From NCBI RefSeq assembly GCF_004376175.1, contig NZ_SNUY01000024.1:18583-50582 (forward strand): a stretch of DNA of 32,000 bases, written 5' to 3'. The notes under the pieces were generated by a model. The model made no database searches and was not told where the DNA came from. It saw only the letters and a list, made by a program, of their open reading frames with translations. Of the stretch, positions 24,080-32,000 are shown piece by piece. This DNA is from Halalkalibacterium halodurans (lineage in GTDB: Bacteria > Bacillota > Bacilli > Bacillales > Bacillaceae_D). The position numbers were made by a program, and so were the translations under genes. The first letter of the stretch is position 1; every line of letters begins with the position of its first letter.

Positions 24080-24799
24080 ATGAAAAGTACAGTAAAGATT
24101 CTTCCACTAGGAGAGTCGGCTTTGCTGGTTCAATTTGGAAAAGAGATAGATCCTCATGTTCAGCGAAAAGTGGATGCCTTTATGACCTTGCTTGAAACGC
24201 AGCCATTTCTAGGGATGCTTGAATGTGTACCATCCTATACGAGTGTTGCGGTTTATTACGATATTTTAAAAATAGCGCCCTTGATCGATCATGGTTCCAC
24301 AGCATTCCAAGTTGTTCGAGAACTTGTTAACGAAAAGCTCAAACAGATGAACGAAGGAACGGTGAAGAAACGAAATATCATAGAAATACCTGTGTGCTAT
24401 GGAGGGAGCTATGGCCCGGATTTAAAGGAGGTTGCTCAGCATAATCAGCTTAGCCTAGAAGAGGTTGTGAATATACATGCGAGCAAGGAATATTTAGTGT
24501 ATATGATCGGCTTTGCTCCTGGATTTCCTTATTTAGGGGGAATGTCAAAGCGAATCGCAGCTCCTCGGAGGAAGGAACCGCGGACGCTTATACCAGCTGG
24601 TTCTGTCGGGATTGCTGGCGAACAAACAGGTGTTTATTCCATTGACACACCTGGAGGTTGGCAAATCATTGGAAAAACCCCACTCTCTTTATTTCGACCA
24701 ACAGCAAAACAACCAAGTCTTTTGCAGGCGGGGGACTTTGTTCGCTTTCAACCAATTACAGAGAAAGAATTTATTCGTTTGGAAGGTGAGGAGGCATGA
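24080..24799 (+). CDS. pxpB: 5-oxoprolinase subunit PxpB (KipI / allophanate hydrolase subunit 1 family)
   Basis: KipI-family motifs include the IPVCYGG, MIGFAPGFPYLGG and GGWQIIGKTP cyclophilin-like fold signatures. Confidence 0.9.
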   Translation: MKSTVKILPLGESALLVQFGKEIDPHVQRKVDAFMTLLETQPFLGMLECVPSYTSVAVYYDILKIAPLIDHGSTAFQVVRELVNEKLKQMNEGTVKKRNIIEIPVCYGGSYGPDLKEVAQHNQLSLEEVVNIHASKEYLVYMIGFAPGFPYLGGMSKRIAAPRRKEPRTLIPAGSVGIAGEQTGVYSIDTPGGWQIIGKTPLSLFRPTAKQPSLLQAGDFVRFQPITEKEFIRLEGEEA

Positions 24800-25797
24800 G
24801 CATGACAATTTTTCGACCAGGTCTGTTAACTACGATTCAAGACCTTGGTCGAACGGGGTATTTAAAGTACGGTGTCATTGTTAGTGGCCCGATGGATGAA
24901 TATGCTCACCGAATGGCCAACCTACTTGTCGGGAATGATGAAAAAGCGGCACTTTTAGAAATGACATTTATCGGTCCGACGATTCAATTTACGTCTGATC
25001 AGCTGATCGCGATGACAGGTGGGGACTTGTCTCCTACGATTGACGGCCACTCCGTACCGATGTATCGTCCTGTATTTGTAAAAAAAGGAGCCGTTCTATC
25101 TTTTGGACGTTGTAAAACAGGCTGCCGATCCTATTTAGCGATTGGCGGCGGAATCGATGTACCAAAGGTCATGAACAGCAGGAGTACCTATCTTCGTGCA
25201 AAAATTGGTGGTTTTCAAGGAAGGGCGTTAGTCGAAGGAGATGAACTTATATGCGGAGCTCCACCGGAGCAGACAGAAAGACTAGTGAAAACATGTCAAA
25301 AGGGAATCGTCCATTCGTTCGCGACAACTAAATGGAGCGTCGTATCTTCGCAACGGAGTAGGGATGGAGCCGAAAAGGTGGTACGGGTAACCGTTGGTTC
25401 ACATTATGAACAGTTCTCAGAGGCTAGTCAGCATAAGTTTTTTTCCGAAACGTTTCAGGTTACTTCAAAATCGGATCGGATGGGTTATCGTTTGAAAGGC
25501 CCAACTCTTGAACGTCTAGAAGAACAGGAGTTAATCTCGGAACCGATTTCGGTTGGGACGATTCAAGTGCCTGCTGACGGAAACCCAATCATTTTGATGG
25601 CTGATCGGCAGACAACAGGGGGCTATCCTCGAATCGCCCATGTCATTGCCGTGGATTTACCGATTATTGCACAAGCCAAGCCTGGAGCAGCCATTCGTTT
25701 TCAACAAGCGTCGCTAAAAGAGGCAGAGCGACTATACATACGACGAGCACGTGAATTTAACGAGCTTAAGACAAGCATTTATTTACAAACACGCTAA
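24796..25797 (+). CDS. pxpC: 5-oxoprolinase subunit PxpC (KipA / allophanate hydrolase subunit 2 family)
   Basis: Family motifs LTTIQDLGR, SDRMGYRL and DRQTTGGYPRIAHVI. The start overlaps the pxpB stop as ATGA. Confidence 0.9.
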   Translation: MSMTIFRPGLLTTIQDLGRTGYLKYGVIVSGPMDEYAHRMANLLVGNDEKAALLEMTFIGPTIQFTSDQLIAMTGGDLSPTIDGHSVPMYRPVFVKKGAVLSFGRCKTGCRSYLAIGGGIDVPKVMNSRSTYLRAKIGGFQGRALVEGDELICGAPPEQTERLVKTCQKGIVHSFATTKWSVVSSQRSRDGAEKVVRVTVGSHYEQFSEASQHKFFSETFQVTSKSDRMGYRLKGPTLERLEEQELISEPISVGTIQVPADGNPIILMADRQTTGGYPRIAHVIAVDLPIIAQAKPGAAIRFQQASLKEAERLYIRRAREFNELKTSIYLQTR

Positions 25798-25802
25798 ATT
25801 AT

Positions 25803-26561
25803 TTATGTTGCAAGCCAGCCTAATTGCTTGGAAATGCTCTTCGCTGCATTTTTCAGAGTCACCTTCAACGTAGATAAACGCTCCTCTGTGACACGAATGT
25901 CAGGACCTGCGATGCTAATACCGGCAACAATCGTTCCAGAATGATCATAAATTGGGGCGGCGATTGCTGTCGTATTGTTTTCCAATTCTGAATGACTGAT
26001 CGCAACACCCGTTTGTTGCGTTTCGGAAATACGCTCTTTTAATAGGAGCTTATCGGTAATTGTCCCGTCAGCTAATGGTATTAGCTCAACACGCTCTAGA
26101 TAAGCTGTTTGCTCCTGCTCTGGTAAAAAAGAAAGAATCACTCTTTGACATGCTCCGGCATATAATGGTGCCCGTCGTCCCACCTTTGTAAAAAGACGCA
26201 CTGGATGTAGCGTGTCCAGCTTTTCGATATAGATGGCCTCGTCGCCATCGCGAACTGTGAGGTGAACGGCCTCTTCCACTTGATTGCGCAACGCTTCCAT
26301 AATAGGGAAGGCTACTTGACGAAGATCCAGCCTATCTGAAACCAATTGACCCAACTCTAGGAACACGACACCTAGCTCGTAGGCTCCATCATGTCTTTTC
26401 TGAAGAAAGCCCATTTCTTCCAAAGAATTGATCATACGGTGAACGGATGTTTTGGGCATCCCTGATTGTTTTACCATCTCTTGTAGGGTGAGGGTTGGAT
26501 AGGTACGAAAGAGGTTAAGGAGGTTCATGGATTTAATTACGGTTTTATTTTTTTCTTGCAT
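25803..26561 (-). CDS. IclR-family transcriptional regulator (KipR-like by context)
   Basis: An N-terminal wHTH (LTLQEMVKQSGMPKTSVHRMINSLEEMGFL) and an IclR effector domain. ATG 26561 lies 7 nt after GGAGG. The gene is convergent with pxpC, with a gap of only 5 nt. Confidence 0.85.
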   Translation of the reverse strand: MQEKNKTVIKSMNLLNLFRTYPTLTLQEMVKQSGMPKTSVHRMINSLEEMGFLQKRHDGAYELGVVFLELGQLVSDRLDLRQVAFPIMEALRNQVEEAVHLTVRDGDEAIYIEKLDTLHPVRLFTKVGRRAPLYAGACQRVILSFLPEQEQTAYLERVELIPLADGTITDKLLLKERISETQQTGVAISHSELENNTTAIAAPIYDHSGTIVAGISIAGPDIRVTEERLSTLKVTLKNAAKSISKQLGWLAT

Positions 26562-26574
26562 TGTATGCCTCCGA

Positions 26575-26626
26575 AGAATGATCATTACTTATCATTCTAC
26601 TAAACGGAATAGAGACTGTCTAGACA
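26575..26626. promoter_or_regulatory. Two palindromes in the divergent iclR / NRAMP intergenic region
   Basis: AGAATGAT-N8-ATCATTCT (26575-26598) has perfect 8-bp arms. TGTCTAGACA (26617-26626) is a perfect 10-bp palindrome. Confidence 0.35.
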
Positions 26627-26647
26627 ACTAGCGAAAGGGTGAAATGA

Positions 26648-27862
26648 ATGAAACAAGAGCTTATGGAAAAAGAATTGACAAAGAAACGAAGGTTGACCGC
26701 GATGATGGGAGCCACGTTTCTCATGGCTACTTCAGCCATTGGACCGGGCTTTTTGACCCAAACGGCCGTATTTACTGAACAGTTACTTGCTAGCTTTGCT
26801 TTTGTTATCCTCGCATCGATTATCCTCGACATCGGGGCACAGCTGAACATATGGCGCATCATTGCCGTAACGAAAATGAAAGGTCAAGACATTGCCAATA
26901 CCGTTTTGCCTGGGCTCGGATATGTTGTTGCTTTTTTCATTATCCTTGGTGGATTAGCGTTTAACATCGGAAACGTTGCTGGAGGGGGACTTGGCTCGAA
27001 TGCATTGCTTGGGATAAGCCCAACGGTGGGAGCTATTTTAACAGGAGTTATTTGTATTATTATTTTTCTATTAAAGGAAGCCCAAGTGGCTATGGATAAA
27101 ATTGTCCGTTATCTTGGGGCTCTCATGATTTTGCTAACAGCATATGTGATGATCGTAAGTAAGCCACCGTACGGTGAAGCGCTTGTTCGTTCCGTTGTTC
27201 CACTTGAAATTGATTTTCTTGCGATTGTAACTCTAGTTGGTGGTACGGTTGGCGGTTATATTACGTTCGCTGGTGGTCACCGTTTATTAGAAGCAGGGAT
27301 ATCGGGAAAGGAAAATTTACGGCAAGTAACGAATACAGCGATATCAGGAATTGTCGTCGCCTCTGTCATGCGGATTATTTTGTTTCTAGCGATTTTAGGT
27401 GTCGTTGTTGCGGGGTATACACTCAACCCAGACAACCCTACGGCAGATGTGTTTAAGCATGCGGCCGGAGAAATCGGCTACCGTTTGTTCGGTCTCGTGT
27501 TCTGGGCGGCTGGAATTACTTCTGTCATTGGGGCTGCGTATACGTCCGTGAGCTTTTTGACGACCTTTCATCCGAGTATTGAGCGAAACAAAAACTATTG
27601 GACGATCGGGTTCATTGTCTTTTCCACATCAGTCTTCGCTCTTGTTGGACAACCAGTCACTCTACTCGTGTTAGCCGGGGCCTTTAACGGGTTGATCTTG
27701 CCATTAACACTTGGCTGCATTTTGCTTGCTGCCCATCAGAAAAAGATTGTAGGTGATTATAACCATCCGATCTGGCTAACGATTTTGGGGGCCATCGTTG
27801 TCATACTCACGCTATTTTTAGGTATTCGCACATTGATGCAAATGATACCACAGCTATTTTAA
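26648..27862 (+). CDS. NRAMP-family divalent metal transporter (YcsG-like)
   Basis: An 11-12 TM protein with the NRAMP N-terminal motif MATSAIGPGFLTQT. It sits in the pxp cluster, as ycsG does in B. subtilis. Confidence 0.8.
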   Translation: MKQELMEKELTKKRRLTAMMGATFLMATSAIGPGFLTQTAVFTEQLLASFAFVILASIILDIGAQLNIWRIIAVTKMKGQDIANTVLPGLGYVVAFFIILGGLAFNIGNVAGGGLGSNALLGISPTVGAILTGVICIIIFLLKEAQVAMDKIVRYLGALMILLTAYVMIVSKPPYGEALVRSVVPLEIDFLAIVTLVGGTVGGYITFAGGHRLLEAGISGKENLRQVTNTAISGIVVASVMRIILFLAILGVVVAGYTLNPDNPTADVFKHAAGEIGYRLFGLVFWAAGITSVIGAAYTSVSFLTTFHPSIERNKNYWTIGFIVFSTSVFALVGQPVTLLVLAGAFNGLILPLTLGCILLAAHQKKIVGDYNHPIWLTILGAIVVILTLFLGIRTLMQMIPQLF

Positions 27863-27882
27863 CTTAAAGAGGTGAAGCGAAA

Positions 27883-28656
27883 ATGCAGCGTGTAGATTTG
27901 AATAGTGATCTTGGTGAAAGCTTTGGCGCATATACGATTGGTCAGGATGATCGTGTCCTTGAACATGTGACTTCTGCCAACATTGCTTGTGGCTACCATG
28001 CTGGAGATCACAATGTCATGGCGCGTACGGTCAAGCTCGCGGCTGACAAGGGAATGGGAATTGGCGCTCATCCTGGCTTTCCCGATTTACTCGGGTTTGG
28101 CAGACGAAACATCCAAACAGATCATAAAGATATTTACAACTTTATCGTGTACCAAGTCGCTGCACTAAACGGTTTTTGCCAGTTGCATCGTGTACGGATG
28201 CAGCATGTGAAGCCTCATGGGGCTCTTTATAATATGGCAGCGAAAGACCGCGTGATCGCCGAGGCGATTGCCGAGGCCATTTACGATATTGATCCTAGCT
28301 TAATTTTATTTGGTCTTTCCGGAAGTGAGTTAATAAAGGCTGGGAAAAAGCTCGGTCTAACCGTTGCCAATGAAGTGTTCGCTGACCGTACGTACCAACC
28401 CGATGGCACACTGACGCCGAGGAGTGAAGCGAATGCCCTGATCAAAGAAAGTGAACGAGCGACCGAACAAGTGATTCAAATGGTGAAAGAAAGCAAGGTA
28501 ATCGCTGTCGACGGAAGTCACATTCCGATTGAGGCAGATACGATTTGCGTACATGGTGATAGTCCAACCGCCCTTTCATTTATTGAGCGATTGCACGCAC
28601 AATTACAGGTAGAAGGTGTGACGGTCACAAAGGTTAGCGATTTTTTATTTAAATGA
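27883..28656 (+). CDS. pxpA: 5-oxoprolinase subunit PxpA (LamB/YcsF family)
   Basis: Family motifs DLNSDLGESFG, ACGYHAGD, GAHPGFPD and VKPHGALYN. Confidence 0.9.
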   Translation: MQRVDLNSDLGESFGAYTIGQDDRVLEHVTSANIACGYHAGDHNVMARTVKLAADKGMGIGAHPGFPDLLGFGRRNIQTDHKDIYNFIVYQVAALNGFCQLHRVRMQHVKPHGALYNMAAKDRVIAEAIAEAIYDIDPSLILFGLSGSELIKAGKKLGLTVANEVFADRTYQPDGTLTPRSEANALIKESERATEQVIQMVKESKVIAVDGSHIPIEADTICVHGDSPTALSFIERLHAQLQVEGVTVTKVSDFLFK

Positions 28657-28667
28657 CAACCGTTTGG

Positions 28668-28696
28668 AAGATTCCACAAAGGTGGAGTCTTTTTTA
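28668..28696 (+). terminator. Rho-independent terminator after pxpA
   Basis: AAGATTCCAC / GTGGAGTCTT forms a 10-bp stem with one G-U pair and a 4-nt loop, followed by TTTTT. Confidence 0.65.
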
Positions 28697-28886
28697 CTTT
28701 TAAGAACGGTAAAGAACAGTACTAGAGTATAGAAACCTTTTGTAGTTAAGCCATTAGTGATCTCTTCTTTGAGAGCACTCTTTTAGTATCTTGAACGTGT
28801 GAACAAATCGGAACATTTATAGACAATGTGAGACGTAACAGTGTTGCTAGTTTTGTAAAAGCCTGTAGAGATGCAGGCTTTATTGT

Positions 28887-28902
28887 TGGCACAACTTTTG
28901 CA
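28887..28902 (+). promoter_or_regulatory. Sigma-54 (SigL) -24/-12 promoter of the acetoin dehydrogenase operon
   Basis: TGGCAC-AACTT-TTGCA is an exact match to TGGCAC-N5-TTGCW. It lies 60 nt upstream of the acoA ATG. The B. subtilis acoABCL operon is known to be SigL/AcoR dependent. Confidence 0.75.
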
Positions 28903-28962
28903 AGAAACAAAATGTAGAAGCACTTTTTTGAAAGCGCTTCATAAAAAGGTGAGGTGATAAAG

Positions 28963-29976
28963 ATGAAGACAGTGGAACAGACAAGTCCAACAATGACAAG
29001 TGAGAAGGCGAGGTGGATTTATCAAAAAATGGTGGAGATCAGAATGTTTGAGGATCGAGTCCATGACATTTTTTCTAAAGGAGAGATTCCAGGATTTGTT
29101 CATCTGTATGCAGGTGAAGAAGCGATTGCTGTTGGTCTATGCGCTCATTTAGATCACAACGATTACATTACGAGCACACACCGGGGGCACGGTCACTGTA
29201 TTGCAAAAGGGTGTGAACTGGATGGGATGATGGCTGAGATTTACGGTAAAAGCACAGGCCTTTGTAAAGGAAAAGGAGGTTCCATGCATATCGCCGATTT
29301 AGATCGAGGGATGCTCGGAGCTAATGGAATTGTTGGTGGCGGCTTTACCCTTGCAGCCGGGGCTGCCTTAACAGCGAAATTTAAACAGACCGGAGGAGTC
29401 GCCGTCTGCTTTTTTGGAGATGGGGCGAACAACCAAGGTACGTTTCATGAAGGGATTAACTTAGCCGCAATATGGGATTTACCCGTTGTATTCGTCGCGG
29501 AAAATAACGGCTATGGAGAAGCGACACCTTTCCATTATGCTTCTGCTTGTGAACAGATTACTGATCGCGCAAAAGGTTACAACATACCAGGTGTCAAAGT
29601 GGACGGCAAAGATGTGGTCGCTGTCTATGAGGTTGCACGTGAAGCAGTTGAGCGAGCCCGTCGAGGAGAAGGGCCGACGTTAATTGAATGTATAACTTAC
29701 CGCAACTACGGTCATTTTGAAGGCGATGCACAAACGTACAAAACAGGTAGAGAGAAAGAGGAGCACACGGAAGAACGGGATGCCATTACACTTTTCGAAA
29801 AGTATGCGCTAAGCAATAATCTCCTGACGGAAGAAGCGATCCAAACGGTACGACACGAGGTGGAACAGTCGGTCGATCGAGCAGTAGATTTTGCAAACGC
29901 GAGTGACTATCCACAACCAGAAGAGCTGTTAACTGATGTGTATGTTTCTTACGATCACGAAGGGAGGAACGGATAA
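28963..29976 (+). CDS. acoA: Acetoin:DCPIP oxidoreductase / TPP-dependent dehydrogenase E1 alpha subunit
   Basis: E1-alpha motifs are YAGEEA, TSTHRGHGHCIAKG and the TPP-binding GDGANNQG...ENNGY. The sigma-54 promoter and a following E1-beta start support the aco assignment. Confidence 0.85.
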   Translation: MKTVEQTSPTMTSEKARWIYQKMVEIRMFEDRVHDIFSKGEIPGFVHLYAGEEAIAVGLCAHLDHNDYITSTHRGHGHCIAKGCELDGMMAEIYGKSTGLCKGKGGSMHIADLDRGMLGANGIVGGGFTLAAGAALTAKFKQTGGVAVCFFGDGANNQGTFHEGINLAAIWDLPVVFVAENNGYGEATPFHYASACEQITDRAKGYNIPGVKVDGKDVVAVYEVAREAVERARRGEGPTLIECITYRNYGHFEGDAQTYKTGREKEEHTEERDAITLFEKYALSNNLLTEEAIQTVRHEVEQSVDRAVDFANASDYPQPEELLTDVYVSYDHEGRNG

Positions 29977-30080
29977 TGACAAGAAAAATCAGCATGTCGA
30001 ATGCTATTAATGAAGCCATGCAATTAGCGATGCGTCAAGATGAACATGTCATCTTATTAGGAGCGTCCGGACAAAATTAA
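29976..30080 (+). pseudogene. acoB: acoB (E1 beta) 5' fragment, truncated by IS insertion
   Basis: MTRKISMSNAINEAMQLAMRQDEHVILLG matches the conserved E1-beta N-terminus, and ATG overlaps the acoA stop (TAATG). After codon 29 (~30062) the expected EDV... is replaced by IS-end sequence. The frame then stops at 30078-30080. Confidence 0.8.
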
Positions 30081-32000
30081 TTTCTGCTTGGTTGATAGCG
30101 ATTTTTACAGAAGAACTAGCGTAGAAAAAAATTAAATTAGGCTAAGAGCGGAGAGTGAGTTTACATTTTTTTGAAATTATATTAAAAAAGGGCAGACTAT
30201 CCCCTTGAGGTTGTATGGATGGATAATTTCCATATATTGGTTTTAAGTGGATTCTCTATTATGCCGATAATTTCGTCCAGCCTCGATATAGTTGCCCAGT
30301 TCCTTGAACAGACATATAAGCCAAGGCATGTGCAGTGATCATACATCGATCGACATGAGCTTCGACTGCCAAGCGACCTCTTTTATGTACTCTTCGCATA
30401 CTAAGTCCGTCTTTGGCAATTCCAATAACACGCTCTATCGCAGTTCGTTCTGCGTATTTCTTTTTGAACGATTGGAGGTGTTGTGGGAACTCCGTATCAA
30501 TTTGTGGTGTCATCGATTGATGGATACGAAGCGTTCTACCAGTTTTCGCGCCATTACAGCATTGAATATGCTGTTCATTCGAACAGGAAAGTCCTTCTTG
30601 CTTGTATTTTGGATCAAAGACTGGGCAAGTCCAAACATAGTGTTCTTTTGCTTCATCCAACCCTTTCAATTGTAACTTATGGCCACTAATACAATGAGGA
30701 ACACCATACCTATCCAGCTTGGTCATGCCACAAGATTCAAGTGCTTTATCTTGAATTTTACGTGGATTTATGGGAGCCAATAGCTTTGCTTTAAGAATGG
30801 ATTTTGTGTGTTGTTGATTGTCCGCTGATTGATAAATCCCATCTGCGCTCACGTATTGCACTGTTTTTAGGAACTCTTCAGGAAGATCTTCCGTTACCTT
30901 TTCCAAAGTGGGTTCTAGTGTTTTTGCATCATGTTCGTCTCCTTTAAACACACTTCTGGACAAAGGAAGTTCAGACTCTACACCACAGACCAAGGAGATT
31001 TTATGTGCAATGTACGTGACGGTATTGCTTTTTCTCATCACGCCTACGTTATCATCCGTAGGAATCTTTGGGCAATGACATGGCTCAGAATGGCTACATT
31101 TCTTCATTTTATGGACAGTGGCTTCCGCATCTACATGGGTGGTATCTACAGCGAGTTGTTCTTCTTTTCCTACGATACCGTGAAAAAGATTGTAGCTCAC
31201 CATAAGTTGCCGAGCTTTCTCCCAAAGTCCGTTTTCAATCATGATCTGATCAAAACGTTCAAATGTTTTCAAGGATGGTCGTGTATCAAAACCACAGACC
31301 ATCCGGAAGTCAGAGTTCCCAATAACTTGAAGGTGTACACTGGAAACCATTACTTCCACATAGAGGAGTGGAGCCAAGAGGAAAGCTTTTAATAAAGCAT
31401 AAAAGTTCACTCCTTTTCGTCCTTTGGCAGATCTCGTAGGCAATGTGCTCAAGTCCTGTGGAATATCTGGAAATAATTCTGTTGAAGATGGGGCTGCATC
31501 CGTTGAAGTTCGTTTTTTAAAATGATATTCAAACCGTGCTTGGAGAAATTCTTGTTCAATGGGAGAGAACACCTCCTCCCAAGGAAACTCCAACCCTAAT
31601 TTAACATAAGGAAGGTGACGTAAAGAAGAAAATGAATCTTCTGTAAATGAAAAAGAAGGTTGAAGATAGATTACATTTGAATAAGATTTTGGTATGATAG
31701 AGGTAGTCATAATGAACTCCTTTCGTGATAGTTGCTAGATACTTCTATTCTACCAAAGGAGCACCATTATGGCTTTTCTTTTTGCCTGAATGATCAAAGT
31801 TTCCGTTTTCCATAAAAATCCTGTAAATAACTAGAATGACGATATGGTGAAATGGCTGATTATGGCCAAAAATCGCTAAAATTGAGGTTTGACAAAACAT
31901 AAAGAACTTGATCACGTAAAAAGGTATGGGAACACATCTATAGTAGCAAATTGAATGGAATCAGTAATATCAAGGGTTACAGAAATTTGTCCTGTGGCTC
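30061..32000 (-). mobile_element. IS4-family insertion sequence (about 1.94 kb or more, reaches the window end)
   Basis: There is a single DDE transposase gene. Imperfect terminal inverted repeats are present. The left end is GAGCGTCCGGACAAAATTAATTTCTGCTTGGTTGATA (30061-30097). The reverse complement of the right end is GAGCCACAGGACAAATTTCTGTAACCCTTGATA (32000-31968). They share the blocks GAGC, GGACAAA, TTTCTG and TTGATA. The element interrupts acoB. Confidence 0.8.
30259..31710 (-). CDS. IS4-family DDE transposase
   Basis: DDE candidates are LAVDTTHVDA, VSADGIYQS and the exact Y-(2)-R-(3)-E-(6)-K signature in YAERTAIERVIGIAK. A Cys-rich insertion lies between the second D and the E. The SD is AAAGGAG. 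Confidence 0.9.
   Translation of the reverse strand: MTTSIIPKSYSNVIYLQPSFSFTEDSFSSLRHLPYVKLGLEFPWEEVFSPIEQEFLQARFEYHFKKRTSTDAAPSSTELFPDIPQDLSTLPTRSAKGRKGVNFYALLKAFLLAPLLYVEVMVSSVHLQVIGNSDFRMVCGFDTRPSLKTFERFDQIMIENGLWEKARQLMVSYNLFHGIVGKEEQLAVDTTHVDAEATVHKMKKCSHSEPCHCPKIPTDDNVGVMRKSNTVTYIAHKISLVCGVESELPLSRSVFKGDEHDAKTLEPTLEKVTEDLPEEFLKTVQYVSADGIYQSADNQQHTKSILKAKLLAPINPRKIQDKALESCGMTKLDRYGVPHCISGHKLQLKGLDEAKEHYVWTCPVFDPKYKQEGLSCSNEQHIQCCNGAKTGRTLRIHQSMTPQIDTEFPQHLQSFKKKYAERTAIERVIGIAKDGLSMRRVHKRGRLAVEAHVDRCMITAHALAYMSVQGTGQLYRGWTKLSA

Noticed and set aside
28929-28942. A cre-like TGAAAGCGCTTCAT between the sigma-54 promoter and acoA.
   Set aside because: It matches the left half and the CG core, but the right half is out of register by one base (11/14). 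I could not distinguish it from chance.
1-32000. Looked for rRNA, tRNA, CRISPR arrays and long tandem or dispersed repeats.
   Set aside because: I saw no cloverleaf-like or rRNA-like conserved stretches. I saw no regularly spaced direct repeats and no long duplicated segments by eye. The only repeats I can support are the IS terminal and subterminal inverted repeats. An eye scan cannot exclude short dispersed repeats.

Overview
This looks like a chromosomal segment of a Bacillaceae-type Firmicute, judged from the strong GGAGG-type Shine-Dalgarno sites, ATGA/GTGA coupled gene overlaps and Bacillus-like gene sets. Gene order, left to right:
- COG0523 (CobW/YciC-like) GTPase, a DUF2515-like protein and a DinG/XPD-type Fe-S helicase.
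- cstA, followed by a small protein ending in Arg-Cys-Cys and an ArsA/Get3-like ATPase.
- A remnant Opp/Nik-type ABC operon: a 5'-truncated permease plus two ATPases.
- A Med-like BMP protein and an orphan HAMP-PAS histidine kinase.
- A LysM-CAP secreted protein (- strand) and a SAM methyltransferase (- strand) killed by one in-frame TAA.
- An SPFH / Zn-ribbon / TPM membrane module (ydjGHI-like).
- An HD hydrolase and an Eis-like GNAT.
- A PlcR-like HTH-TPR regulator with a divergent 41-aa secreted pro-peptide gene that is below the ORF-track cutoff.
- A WYL regulator with a 104-aa orphan protein.
- The 5-oxoprolinase cluster pxpB-pxpC, an IclR regulator (- strand), an NRAMP transporter and pxpA.
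- A sigma-54-driven acoA, and an acoB cut after codon ~29 by an IS4-family element that runs to the window end.

I saw no rRNA, tRNA or CRISPR array. The most interesting items are:
- the unannotated PapR-like peptide gene paired with the PlcR-like regulator;
- an in-frame TGA sitting exactly on a conserved Zn-ribbon cysteine of the SPFH protein;
- the cstA / RCC-tail protein / ArsA-like triad;
- the genetic linkage of a Med-like protein to an orphan kinase;
- several independent gene-inactivation events.

All family assignments come from motif recognition and memory, not from database searches.
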